A stretch of DNA of 64,000 nt, taken from the IMG/VR virus record IMGVR_UViG_3300027278_000009; one strand, 5' to 3'. Source of the DNA: a virus. Below, piece by piece: positions 1 to 8,840 of the stretch. The notes below the pieces were generated by a model. That model ran no database searches. It was not told where the DNA came from and saw only the letters and a program-made list of their open reading frames with translations. Each line of letters starts with the position of its first letter. Within the stretch, counting starts at the first letter, position 1. A program made the translations under genes and the position numbers.

Positions 1-20
1 TTTAATAATACAACAATAAT

Positions 21-380
21 ATGATTACTTCTTTTGGACTTTTTAAATCCGTTAGAGAAAATACACCCGACCCATGTATTGAAGTTTATTTTTCAAACAC
101 AGGTTCTAGTGATGCCTTTTTTGAGGTTGTAACATGTGATGGAAATAACATTACTATGGATTTAGCTCCGTTTGAATCAAGCATTAATTATTGTGTAACA
201 AATGACAGTTGGACTTTGGATCCAGGTATTGTTGTAAATACAGTACAACTTGATTGTTTGAATGATGGTGATATTACTACACCAGCTCCAGCACCAACTC
301 CAGCTCCGGCACCAACTCCAACACCATCTCCAGGCGGTAAAGGGTCACCACCTTCTCCGCCGCCAGGCCCAGAAGTATAA
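21..380 (+). CDS. Small Cys-containing protein with Pro/Ala/Thr/Ser-rich (extensin/AGP-like) C-terminal tail; probable virion protein
   Basis: 119-aa ORF; tail TPAPAPTPAPAPTPTPSPGGKGSPPSPPPGPEV. Confidence 0.65.
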   Translation: MITSFGLFKSVRENTPDPCIEVYFSNTGSSDAFFEVVTCDGNNITMDLAPFESSINYCVTNDSWTLDPGIVVNTVQLDCLNDGDITTPAPAPTPAPAPTPTPSPGGKGSPPSPPPGPEV

Positions 381-393
381 AGATATATACCGT

Positions 394-1140
394 ATGAAAA
401 GAATTAAATTATTTGAGGAGTTTATTAGTGAAGGCGTTCACGACCCAGGTATCTTAAAAGCCTTTTTTATGGCAGGTGGACCTGGTTCTGGTAAGTCTTA
501 TGTTGCTACTGAATTGTTTGATTTTCCAAAAGGAGCACAGTCATCGGTTTCGTATGCCACTGGTTTAAAGCTAGTTAACAATGATAATCAATTCGAAAAA
601 GCATTAAAAGACGCTGGATTAGATGCTGGTAAATTACACCAATATGCACAAGATGAAGAAACTTGGGCTGAAGTAATGAGCTTAAGAAATAAATCTAAAG
701 GCACCACAAAGCGTATGCAAGATAATTACATTGGTGGTAGATTAGGTCAAGTAATTGATGGTACTGGTAAAGATTATGATAAAATCAAAGGCCATCGCAG
801 TGTGTACCAAGATTTTGGATATGATACTTATATGATTTTTGTAAATACATCATTAGAAGTTGCGCTAGAACGTAATAGAATGAGAGAGCGCAAGCTTGAG
901 GATTCAATGGTTCAAAAAATGTGGCAAGAAGTCCAAAATAATTTAGGTAAATTTCAAAAACTATTTGGCGTTGACAAAATGTTAATTGTTGATAATTCTA
1001 CCTCTGATTCGGATGTACTAAAGCAAATTGAAAAGCAAATCAATAGACATTTAAGAACTCCTGTTCAAAATCCATTAGGAAAAAGATGGATTAAAGATAA
1101 TACCGGGGAGAACAGGTTTAGAAACCAACCTTCTAGATAA
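394..1140 (+). CDS. P-loop kinase (zeta-toxin/AAA_33, polynucleotide-kinase-like) with capsid-targeting-like leader
   Basis: Start moved from 262 to ATG 394 (MKRIKLFEEFISE), just after GATATATA; Walker A AGGPGSGKS; VIDGTG; FVNTSLEVALERN lid motif. Confidence 0.75.
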   Translation: MKRIKLFEEFISEGVHDPGILKAFFMAGGPGSGKSYVATELFDFPKGAQSSVSYATGLKLVNNDNQFEKALKDAGLDAGKLHQYAQDEETWAEVMSLRNKSKGTTKRMQDNYIGGRLGQVIDGTGKDYDKIKGHRSVYQDFGYDTYMIFVNTSLEVALERNRMRERKLEDSMVQKMWQEVQNNLGKFQKLFGVDKMLIVDNSTSDSDVLKQIEKQINRHLRTPVQNPLGKRWIKDNTGENRFRNQPSR

Positions 1141-1210
1141 TTTTTAATAAACTTATTGTCAAATCTTTATATAATTATTGGTTATATAGAACCAAAATAA
1201 AGATTTAATA

Positions 1211-1336
1211 ATGGTTTATCAACACATACGTCCAGAGATTATGGAGGATATTGCGCCGAGCAAACGGGTCCTTGCGCACAATCCAACTTCTTTTTTAATG
1301 CAAATGTTAATCATTTGGGTTAAGAAGAATATATAA
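1211..1336 (+). CDS. Possible 41-aa hypothetical protein
   Basis: Hand-translated MVYQHIRPEIMEDIAPSKRVLAHNPTSFLMQMLIIWVKKNI, downstream of the promoter motif at 1148-1175. Confidence 0.3.
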   Translation: MVYQHIRPEIMEDIAPSKRVLAHNPTSFLMQMLIIWVKKNI

Positions 1337-1339
1337 TTA

Positions 1340-1954
1340 ATGAAAAGAAATCTAAAAACATACGATCAATGGTTGACTGAGAAGGCCCGCCCATTCAGTG
1401 CAACTAGCATTGTTGTTTTTGATCTTGACGATACTCTTGTAATTACAAATGCAAAAATTAAAGTATGTAACCACAAAACTGGTGAATGTTTTGCATTAAC
1501 TCCTGAAGAATTTAACGATTACGAGAAACACCCAGACCATTATTTAGATTTTGATGATTTCAAATCTTTAGAAATCATGAAAGCTGGGGAATTAATCCAC
1601 TATTATTTAAAGATCTTAGCAGATGCTTATAAAATGAAGCGTGCTGTTGGTATTGTAACTGCTCGTGATGATCGTGAAATGATCTATAAATGGATGAAAG
1701 AGCATGTTGGATTCCATATTGCTAAAGATCTTATTTATGCAATCAATGATCCAGTTCATAAATTTAGCGGTTCAATTGCTGATAAAAAGAAGCAGGCTTT
1801 TAGAGAAATCATTGAGCGTGGTTATACAAATATTCAATTCTTCGATGACGATCAACATAACTTAACATTAGTAAAATCATTAGAGAAAGAATATCCAAAT
1901 ATTAGCTTAAATGTTTATAAAGCAGATAAGAAACTATTTAAGAGTAAGATTTAA
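1340..1954 (+). CDS. HAD-superfamily phosphatase
   Basis: Motif I VVFDLDDTLV, motif II IVTAR, motif IV FFDDD; leader MKRNLKTYDQWLTE. Confidence 0.8.
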   Translation: MKRNLKTYDQWLTEKARPFSATSIVVFDLDDTLVITNAKIKVCNHKTGECFALTPEEFNDYEKHPDHYLDFDDFKSLEIMKAGELIHYYLKILADAYKMKRAVGIVTARDDREMIYKWMKEHVGFHIAKDLIYAINDPVHKFSGSIADKKKQAFREIIERGYTNIQFFDDDQHNLTLVKSLEKEYPNISLNVYKADKKLFKSKI

Positions 1955-3120
1955 TGAATTTAAAAGTAGCAGTTACAGTAGATTTAAGAACAAGTCTATT
2001 TTCTAATGGTATTAATCAAAATGGTTTATATTTAGCCATGATGTACCAAGATCTTGGTTGTGAAGTAACTTTATTAAGCTCAACAGTAACTGAAGATGGT
2101 CCGACAAACGGATTAGGTCAATTAAAAGAGATTGGATTTGATCAAATTAAAATCAAGAGATTATTAGATACTTTTGAAGAGCATTATGACGTAGTTATTG
2201 GACTTGGTCTCTTAGTTGAACAAAAGTTTTTAAATGCTTGGAAAAATCAGAATCCAAATTTAAAATACGTAGCATATAAATGTGGAAATGAGCTTTTCAC
2301 AGATATGGAGACAATTATCCATAATTCACACGAAGAGAGATCTAAGATATTTAATAGCCTTCCTTTTCCAGCAATTCCTGATCAAATTTGGTCTATTCCA
2401 CAAATGGAAAAAACTAATCTTGATTATTATTCATTCACGCTCCATCAAGACAATGCAACAGTAGTTCCTTTCATTTGGGATCCAATTGTATTAGAGAATT
2501 ATCAACAAAAGAATGGGTATGCTGATTGGAGTGGTCATAAGAAAAAGATTGTTGGCGTAATGGAGCCAAATCTTTCAATCATGAAGAATCTATTACCTCC
2601 ACTTATGATTGTAGATCGTTATATAAATAATGGCAATGAATTAGATTCAACATACCTATTTTCAACTAAGAAATATAGCACTAATCCAAGATTGCTTAAA
2701 CTATTAAAAGAATCTAAGAGTGGATTAATCACAAAGGTTACGGCTGAAGATCGTTTACCAACATCATTGGTCTTACATAAATATCTTGATGTTGTGCTCT
2801 CTTGGCAATTGGAAAATAATCTTAATTATCTCTACTTTGACGTAGCATGGATGGGTTATCCAATCGTACATAATGCTAATCTATGTCAGGATATTGGATA
2901 TTATTATCCAGATCAAGATACCAGAGAGGCCTCTCAAAAATTATGGGAAGCATTCAATACTCATACAACTGAATGGAAAGAGGAGCAACGTGGGCGCATC
3001 AAAAGATTCACACGACATAATCCAAAACTATTACAACAATATAAGAAATTAACTGAAGATCTATTAGCGGATAAATTTAATAGATACAGATATGACTGGA
3101 AAACAAACTCAATCAAATGA
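1954..3120 (+). CDS. DUF2827-like protein, probable GT-B glycosyltransferase (paralogue 1)
   Basis: SLFSNGINQN N-terminus; WQLENNLNYLYFDVAWMGYPIVHN resembles the GT4 donor-binding motif; paralogous to 21560..22753. Confidence 0.65.
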   Translation: MNLKVAVTVDLRTSLFSNGINQNGLYLAMMYQDLGCEVTLLSSTVTEDGPTNGLGQLKEIGFDQIKIKRLLDTFEEHYDVVIGLGLLVEQKFLNAWKNQNPNLKYVAYKCGNELFTDMETIIHNSHEERSKIFNSLPFPAIPDQIWSIPQMEKTNLDYYSFTLHQDNATVVPFIWDPIVLENYQQKNGYADWSGHKKKIVGVMEPNLSIMKNLLPPLMIVDRYINNGNELDSTYLFSTKKYSTNPRLLKLLKESKSGLITKVTAEDRLPTSLVLHKYLDVVLSWQLENNLNYLYFDVAWMGYPIVHNANLCQDIGYYYPDQDTREASQKLWEAFNTHTTEWKEEQRGRIKRFTRHNPKLLQQYKKLTEDLLADKFNRYRYDWKTNSIK

Positions 3121-3713
3121 TACCTTTCGGCAATCAAGAAGATTTACCTAAATGCACAGAAACCGGGTTTCAATTGGTTAAATGTCCACAACGCACATGG
3201 GATATTATTCAAGAAATGTACCGTCTATTAAAGCTCAATCCAAAAAAAGAAGAGTTTAAAGGTATGGAAGAAATCATATTTGGTCAAAATGGCCAAGATC
3301 TTTTTTCATTTGATCAAATACCAACCATTAGAGGTATCATACATCAACAACTCTTGCCAATCCATCAAAATTGGTCAAATCAAAAACTCATACCAACCTG
3401 GATTTATGGGATCCGATCCTATAATAACGGTGCTCAATTAGTCCATCACGTAGATCAGTTACCAACACATCACATTTCAGCCATTATCATCGTAGATAAG
3501 GAGTTGAATGGGGAACAGGATTGGCCACTCGATATTCAAGCGCATGACGGCACTTGGCACAAAATCTATGCCGAGCCAGGTGATATGATTCTATATGAAT
3601 CTGCAATTTGCGAGCATGGTAGAATGGAGCCATTTAAGGGCAAATTCTTTCGTAATTTTTATGTCCATTACCGATTTGCAGATTATCAATTTGCGGCCCC
3701 TAAGGCAGAATAA
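3117..3713 (+). CDS. 2OG-Fe(II) oxygenase (prolyl-hydroxylase-like)
   Basis: HxD (HVD), distal His and Arg (EHGR), PGDMILYES strand of the double-stranded beta-helix. Confidence 0.7.
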   Translation: MIPFGNQEDLPKCTETGFQLVKCPQRTWDIIQEMYRLLKLNPKKEEFKGMEEIIFGQNGQDLFSFDQIPTIRGIIHQQLLPIHQNWSNQKLIPTWIYGIRSYNNGAQLVHHVDQLPTHHISAIIIVDKELNGEQDWPLDIQAHDGTWHKIYAEPGDMILYESAICEHGRMEPFKGKFFRNFYVHYRFADYQFAAPKAE

Positions 3714-3729
3714 AAAGAATAAATAAATC

Positions 3730-3897
3730 ATGATAGGAGACGAACTCTGGAATAGATATGTGGATACAGGAAAAGTACCAGAAGAGATACTTGACCATGT
3801 AGCTGAAAGAATTAAACTTGGAAAGAGAATGTCAATCCGAGAAAAACAAATCTATTCTACATACGCACAACAGATCGAACAGAGGTTGAGATCTTAA
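3730..3897 (+). CDS. 55-aa hypothetical protein
   Basis: Hand-translated MIGDELWNRYVDTGKVPEEILDHVAERIKLGKRMSIREKQIYSTYAQQIEQRLRS; A-rich leader. Confidence 0.6.
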   Translation: MIGDELWNRYVDTGKVPEEILDHVAERIKLGKRMSIREKQIYSTYAQQIEQRLRS

Positions 3898-3946
3898 TAC
3901 AATAGTTTAACACTAAAGTTAAGCACTAAAAAAACCTAATCATATC

Positions 3947-4126
3947 ATGAATCAAGAACAGATCTTTGGTTTAATTAGACATGGGTTAACTACACTCGGT
4001 GGTATTGCAATCGCTAAAGGTTGGATTAACGAAGAAGAAACTTACGAATTAATAGGTATCTTAATGTCAATTGTTGGTTTTGCTTGGTCTTACGGAGCTA
4101 AAATGAAGGCTCAAAAAGAGGCTTAA
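3947..4126 (+). CDS. 59-aa two-helix membrane protein, putative holin
   Basis: Hand-translated MNQEQIFGLIRHGLTTLGGIAIAKGWINEEETYELIGILMSIVGFAWSYGAKMKAQKEA; two hydrophobic segments and a basic C-terminus. Confidence 0.6.
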   Translation: MNQEQIFGLIRHGLTTLGGIAIAKGWINEEETYELIGILMSIVGFAWSYGAKMKAQKEA

Positions 4127-4150
4127 AAGGCATATTAATCCTACAGTATA

Positions 4151-4175
4151 AGGGTTCCATTAGGAACCCTTTTTC
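4151..4175 (+). terminator. Intrinsic terminator
   Basis: AGGGTTCC-ATTA-GGAACCCT followed by a T-run. Confidence 0.85.
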
Positions 4176-4339
4176 TTTTTTAGATTATAGGAGTATTTTG
4201 GGTTTTTTCGTTTTTTACCATTTCCTCACCCCTAAAGGGATCGATCCTTTTTTTAATTAGAATTTCATCTAGATTAAGATCAGGTCCTTAAACCCACTCA
4301 GTGAACCCCAGTTCAAGCAATCCGAACCGATGCGCGCAC

Positions 4340-4660
4340 ACTAAAGAGGATTACACAATAGACAATAAGAAAGAGGACAAATAGAATAGGAACAGGAACA
4401 AGATAATAAAAAAAGAAACTAAAGACAAGATAACACTACTAGAATAGACCAACTCACAAGCACATATATAGATATAAAGAACCTAAACATAGAATAGAAT
4501 CTAGATATAGATAAACAAGTAGGTATAGACAAGGATCCTATTCTCTATATAGAATAAGAACAAGATATAAGAAAGAAAGATAGACCTGTAAGGATCCCCA
4601 TTACCTAAGGTTCATTACTACCTAAAGGATCCTATGCTCTATATAATGAAAAGGATCCCA
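4340..4660. repeat. Purine-skewed low-complexity tract with four AAGGATCC direct repeats
   Basis: AAGGATCC at 4531, 4590, 4625, 4651; recurring TAGAATAG and ACAAGATA; no credible ORF. Confidence 0.6.
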
Positions 4661-4834
4661 TGTTGCAGGACCCTGCTTAAACCCCAATGGGCGTTACCAC
4701 ACACACCGGGAGACCCCCCTACCCTCCCAGCAATCTGGGCTCCATTGCCCCTTTCACACCGGGTTGCAGACTTAGGGATACTGCAAAGCCCTTGGCTCAC
4801 CACAAACCAAGGGCTCCAGTGGAAACCTCAAGAT

Positions 4835-5899
4835 TTAGATCTCCTGGGTCTCAGCTACTTCTTCTACCTCTCCAAAGCCAAATAGCTTGTCAAAGGCATC
4901 GGCCTCGTTCTCCAACTGCTTGCGCTCGTTGGCTACCAGCTCGTCGTTAAAGAGATCCCGAGCGTATCGTGCCTCGTCGAATTCTACCCTGTTCTGTATA
5001 TTAAAGTAGAGTTTCTTGTTTACGGCTCCTACACGGTTCTTACTGAACTCTAGGTATCGTCTGCCGTTTTCACCGCCCTCCCAGTCCAGGTGCATCATAC
5101 TGGTGGTCATGTGCTTTAGCTTATTACTACCAACAAAGGTGCCACCTTTAGAGAGCTGCAGGATGGTTACGAAGCAAGTGTACTTCTTCAGTTTGTTCTC
5201 AGCCTTATTGTGCTTGATCATCAGGTCTAGGAACCACTTCTCAGTTTTAGAGCGGGTCAAGTTACAGGCCTCTTTTACAGTGTCATTTACCTCAGTGTAG
5301 GAGTCGGTTAGGACTACATCCCAGCCTTGGGCTAGAACCGATTCAATTACAGTTTGAGGGCATTCCTCCACGTAATCAGAAAGAAATAAGATCGGCAGCT
5401 GGCCCCAATTAGGGAATCGCTGTAGGTAGCGAGCCATGTCGATCTGTGCCATTTCGGCTGAGATAAACAGGACTTTCTTGCCATTAGCATGTAGCTTAGC
5501 AAGCATCTCCAGAAGGACCGTGGTCTTACCGACACCAGGAGCACCAGCTGCCATTATATTAGTACCAGGCAGGAAGCCACCATCGGTTGATAGCACCTTG
5601 TCAAAGGTGGTACCTGTCTCCATAGAGTTGAAGAGACTTGCGTCGATGTTGAGGTCATCCAGCTTGGTTAAACTTACTTTTACTTGAGCCTTAGGCTGAG
5701 CTACTGCTGGCTTGTTATAGTAGCCCCAGTAGTCTTTGGTTGAGGTGAACTTGCCGTTATTATTCTTGATAAGACGGCCTTCGTTCTTTAGGAACCACCC
5801 GTATTTAGGGTGAGTAGTTTCGATGTAGGTTTGACCTTTGTTTTCGATGTTGGTTAGGCAGATCTGGCCAGAACCGTAGATTTCCATAGTATGTAGCAT
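4835..5899 (-). CDS. RecA-superfamily ATPase, RadA/Sms-like
   Basis: GGFLPGT, Walker A GAPGVGKT, VLFISAEM, Walker B LTDS, LKHMT, KNRVG; no Sms Zn finger or Lon-like domain seen. Confidence 0.75.
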   Translation of the reverse strand: MLHTMEIYGSGQICLTNIENKGQTYIETTHPKYGWFLKNEGRLIKNNNGKFTSTKDYWGYYNKPAVAQPKAQVKVSLTKLDDLNIDASLFNSMETGTTFDKVLSTDGGFLPGTNIMAAGAPGVGKTTVLLEMLAKLHANGKKVLFISAEMAQIDMARYLQRFPNWGQLPILFLSDYVEECPQTVIESVLAQGWDVVLTDSYTEVNDTVKEACNLTRSKTEKWFLDLMIKHNKAENKLKKYTCFVTILQLSKGGTFVGSNKLKHMTTSMMHLDWEGGENGRRYLEFSKNRVGAVNKKLYFNIQNRVEFDEARYARDLFNDELVANERKQLENEADAFDKLFGFGEVEEVAETQEI

Positions 5900-5924
5900 A
5901 GTGGTGATAGCTTTAATTACTTAG

Positions 5925-5955
5925 TAAATATAACAAAAAAAGGCGACATAAAAAA
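5925..5955 (-). promoter_or_regulatory. Class I (early-type) promoter
   Basis: TTTTTTATGTCG-N11-TATATTTA on the minus strand upstream of 5899. Confidence 0.8.
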
Positions 5956-5982
5956 ATTATATCGCACTTTTTTAAAAAAGTT

Positions 5983-6279
5983 TTAGGCTACTACCTCCTC
6001 CACAAGGGATAGAGGTACATTGTATCCGCCGAACATGGAACCACGAGGGCGAACAGCAGCCTTAGTACGCTTAATCTCGGTCAATTCGAAAGTACGACCA
6101 GCCAATTTAGGGTGGTTAACCTTTACGGTCATACCAATCTCTAGAGTAGCCTTAGCAGCGGCATTCTGTACTCGGCGCTCAACCTTAATAAGATCAACAA
6201 CATAACCATTAATAGCACGAAGATCTTCGTTGCTTAGGTTTGACTTTTGGATTTCGGCGATGATTTGCTTAACGTTCAT
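5983..6279 (-). CDS. Hypothetical protein (C-terminal KOW/SH3-like beta region)
   Basis: 98-aa ORF with its own class I promoter; LEIGMTVKV strand. Confidence 0.7.
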   Translation of the reverse strand: MNVKQIIAEIQKSNLSNEDLRAINGYVVDLIKVERRVQNAAAKATLEIGMTVKVNHPKLAGRTFELTEIKRTKAAVRPRGSMFGGYNVPLSLVEEVVA

Positions 6280-6305
6280 AATAGCTTTATCTTTTAATTA
6301 TAGTA

Positions 6306-6337
6306 TAAATATAAGCAATTTCCGCGACATAAAAAAA
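6306..6337 (-). promoter_or_regulatory. Class I promoter
   Basis: ATGTCG-N11-TATATTTA upstream of 6279. Confidence 0.8.
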
Positions 6338-6366
6338 TGTTTTGTGAAAAAAAGTGAAATATTTTC

Positions 6367-6393
6367 AAAAAAAAATAGGGCACATGGCCCTAT
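6367..6393 (-). terminator. Intrinsic terminator (minus strand)
   Basis: ATAGGGC/GCCCTAT stem; the plus-strand A9 run is the U-tail after gene 6420..7547. Confidence 0.7.
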
Positions 6394-6419
6394 CTTCTCA
6401 TAATTAAAAGCATGAACTA

Positions 6420-7547
6420 TTAGTTCATCATCGCACCGTCGTTACGAAGTTCGTTAAATACGTTAGGCATATAGTTTTCATGATCGAAAGAAGTACGACC
6501 AAGAATGTTACCAGCCTGTACCATCATCTGAGCAGCTTGGTGTTCTTCCATGTTGGTCTCCATAATCTTACGGCCATGAGTAGCAAAGTGAGTAAGACCA
6601 TTGATCACTGACCAAACACTCTGATTACTCTTAGCTCCTTTAGCTTGAGCAGGATTCAAATTCTCGAAACCAGCTTTGTTATAAGCGTTGAGGTTTTCGC
6701 TAAGAGGGATCCAGTTGTCAGTGCGTTCTCCAGCATGGCTACGAATAGCATTATAAGCATATTGCATCTCGCTGATTGATGCCGGAGTGGCTGCAGCGGC
6801 GCGGACACGATTACCAAATTCAGAAGAAACGAAGTTATCAGCACGTAATTGTTGCATGTGCTGGAAGAACTCATTTACATTATCATTAGATAGAGAATGT
6901 AATTGGTAAGTCTCCTGAGCAAACTGAGTGGTAAGACCATTAGTACACCATTGACGATTTACGTATGGCATAACTTGGAAACCTTGGATAGGTGAATTAC
7001 GGAAGGTAACACCACCGGTGAATACTTCATCGCTTAGACCTTTAATAGCTACCTCAGCTTTAGGGTTAAAGGCGTTGATGGTTACGATACCAGTCTTAGG
7101 ATCAGTAGACCAGTTGGTCACATCCATACTATGATCGTTAATCATGTTCTCAGCAAGACCAATAAACTGCTCGTTTGAGATCTTAAGAGTTTCATCCTTG
7201 GTAAAGTGAACCACTGCCTTAGAGATAGGGTTAAGTACCATGGTTACGTTGTTCAAGTTACCGCTGTTAGAAGACATAGCATTCTTCATACGGTTAATGA
7301 ACGTTGCTTTAGCATCAGCGTTAAAAAGCTTTTCAAACTTATCAGCGAACTGTTGGCTCATACCGATTAGGCGAAGAAGACTCTTAAAGGCATCCTTTGT
7401 GATACCAATGCGTGAACCATTATATTCAATGGTTTTTTCGTCGATCAAGTTGATCTGACTGAAAGGAACAACGCGACGAAGCGATTGAGCTTCGAGAGAC
7501 TCTTGTTTGCGTTGAGCGATAACGGGTTGTGATAATGTAGTGATCAT
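6420..7547 (-). CDS. DUF932-like protein
   Basis: FRNS...VNRQWCTNGL and SVWSVINGLTHFATH resemble the conserved DUF932 motifs. Confidence 0.5.
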   Translation of the reverse strand: MITTLSQPVIAQRKQESLEAQSLRRVVPFSQINLIDEKTIEYNGSRIGITKDAFKSLLRLIGMSQQFADKFEKLFNADAKATFINRMKNAMSSNSGNLNNVTMVLNPISKAVVHFTKDETLKISNEQFIGLAENMINDHSMDVTNWSTDPKTGIVTINAFNPKAEVAIKGLSDEVFTGGVTFRNSPIQGFQVMPYVNRQWCTNGLTTQFAQETYQLHSLSNDNVNEFFQHMQQLRADNFVSSEFGNRVRAAAATPASISEMQYAYNAIRSHAGERTDNWIPLSENLNAYNKAGFENLNPAQAKGAKSNQSVWSVINGLTHFATHGRKIMETNMEEHQAAQMMVQAGNILGRTSFDHENYMPNVFNELRNDGAMMN

Positions 7548-7564
7548 ACGGTGTTTGCTTTAGT

Positions 7565-7592
7565 ATTATACTTTGATTAAATAGAAAGTTTC
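7565..7592 (-). promoter_or_regulatory. Class II promoter
   Basis: GAAAC-N17-TATAAT on the minus strand upstream of 7547. Confidence 0.75.
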
Positions 7593-7595
7593 AAA

Positions 7596-7793
7596 TTAAT
7601 AGAACAAGGACAGCAACATATTATAGTCCTGAGTAGTCTTAATGCGGAATGATTTTTCATCAACCTCCAAGCCATCACTGTTAGCCCAACGCTTTTTAGC
7701 TTGAGCTATAGCTCCACGCTTAGTCTTAGCCAATTCACTGTTCCAACCTCCACCAATGAAGCTATAAAGGTATTCTTTGTTTTGTAGTGCCAT
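7596..7793 (-). CDS. Hypothetical protein
   Basis: 65-aa ORF in the early island, tightly packed with its neighbour. Confidence 0.65.
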   Translation of the reverse strand: MALQNKEYLYSFIGGGWNSELAKTKRGAIAQAKKRWANSDGLEVDEKSFRIKTTQDYNMLLSLFY

Positions 7794-7798
7794 AGTGA

Positions 7799-7990
7799 TT
7801 AAGAATAAAGTTGTTCTAAACGTCCGTAAACCTCTTTCTGACGAGCAACAAAGTAGTTAAGACTACTAGCGTAACGCTCAACCTCGTCAATGTCAATAAC
7901 CTCACGGTTAAGAGCCTCTTGCAGGCGCTCGTTATGGTATTGGATCTTGGGCAGGTAGCCGTTCTCGTATCGATTCTTTTTCTGTTTCAT
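7799..7990 (-). CDS. Hypothetical protein
   Basis: 63-aa ORF preceded by a class I promoter. Confidence 0.7.
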   Translation of the reverse strand: MKQKKNRYENGYLPKIQYHNERLQEALNREVIDIDEVERYASSLNYFVARQKEVYGRLEQLYS

Positions 7991-8018
7991 ATCTGATGTT
8001 TAACTAACAATTACATAG

Positions 8019-8050
8019 TAAATATAACACTTTTCCGCGACATAAAAAAA
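8019..8050 (-). promoter_or_regulatory. Class I promoter
   Basis: ATGTCG-N11-TATATTTA upstream of 7990. Confidence 0.8.
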
Positions 8051-8061
8051 TTATGGACCAA

Positions 8062-8181
8062 TTATTTTTTAATTGGTTCATAAATAGTGTGGGGTTCATT
8101 AATACCATAAGCGTTGTAGCTATTAACGGTAATCTCTCTGCAGTAACCAAGTCCCTCGATGTAAACAATGTCAGTGTTCAT
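8062..8181 (-). CDS. 39-aa hypothetical protein
   Basis: Hand-translated MNTDIVYIEGLGYCREITVNSYNAYGINEPHTIYEPIKK; dedicated class I promoter. Confidence 0.6.
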   Translation of the reverse strand: MNTDIVYIEGLGYCREITVNSYNAYGINEPHTIYEPIKK

Positions 8182-8204
8182 GTGTGTATCTTTTAATTAT
8201 AGTA

Positions 8205-8236
8205 TAAATATAAACAATTCCGACGACATAAAAAAA
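8205..8236 (-). promoter_or_regulatory. Class I promoter
   Basis: ATGTCG-N11-TATATTTA upstream of 8181. Confidence 0.8.
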
Positions 8237-8378
8237 TATTTGTGTAAATATTTTTGGCTATTTTTTTTTAAAAAAGCAGGTCGGAGTCTACTCTCCCTCC
8301 CCCGTGTAAAAGGGACCGCCCTTGGTGGCCATTCAAGGCCTGTAGTTATGTCAACATTAATAACTCATAAGCTATTTT

Positions 8379-8573
8379 TTATTGTTTAATGCGACCAAAA
8401 GAACTGAACAAGGAGATGATTCCCATGGTTGAAGCGATTACGAAACATCCAATCTCATTATCAGGACCTGCGAAAGGTACGTATTGAGCAGCGAGACCAG
8501 TGATGATTGCATAAGCAACGAACAAAGATGCAACAGCTGCAAGGAAGTTAAGGGGATAAAAAGCTACTTTCAT
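8379..8573 (-). CDS. 64-aa two-TM membrane protein
   Basis: Start moved to 8573 (MKVAFYPLNFLAAVASLFVAYAII...) because the class I promoter lies inside the longer track ORF. Confidence 0.65.
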   Translation of the reverse strand: MKVAFYPLNFLAAVASLFVAYAIITGLAAQYVPFAGPDNEIGCFVIASTMGIISLFSSFGRIKQ

Positions 8574-8597
8574 ATCGTTTATCTTTTGATTACATAG

Positions 8598-8629
8598 TAA
8601 ATATAAGCAAAAACCGCGACATAAAAAAA
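8598..8629 (-). promoter_or_regulatory. Class I promoter
   Basis: ATGTCG-N11-TATATTTA upstream of 8573. Confidence 0.8.
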
Positions 8630-8659
8630 TATTTGGTGAAAAAAAGTGAATTATTTTCT

Positions 8660-8687
8660 GAAACAAAAGTAAAAAAGTCACTATAAT
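8660..8687 (+). promoter_or_regulatory. Class II promoter
   Basis: GAAAC-N17-TATAAT; followed by a hairpin rather than an ORF. Confidence 0.6.
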
Positions 8688-8691
8688 ATAA

Positions 8692-8745
8692 TGTAGTAGG
8701 CTCACTCCACTGTCCCCTTGATGAGCCATCTGTTTCGCGCGGACT
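8692..8745 (+). ncRNA. Candidate small RNA or structured leader
   Basis: GGCTCA...TGAGCC stem just after a class II promoter; no ORF. Confidence 0.25.
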
Positions 8746-8784
8746 AAAAGAAATCAAAAAAAGACTAAAAAAGATCACCCTAGA

Positions 8785-8816
8785 TTTTTTTATGTCGCGG
8801 TTATTTGTTATATTTA
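8785..8816 (+). promoter_or_regulatory. Class I promoter
   Basis: TTTTTTTATGTCG-N11-TATATTTA upstream of 8841. Confidence 0.8.
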
Positions 8817-8840
8817 CTATATAATTAAAAGAAACAGACT

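Noticed and set aside
262-393. Track start of the kinase ORF (His/Gln-rich N-terminus)
   Set aside because: It is the alternate-frame reading of the upstream Pro-rich tail; ATG 394 has a promoter motif and the shared leader
4634-4950. Plus-strand ORFs 4634..4885 and 4687..4950
   Set aside because: They overlap each other and the 3' end of the minus-strand ATPase, have atypical composition and show no recognisable motif
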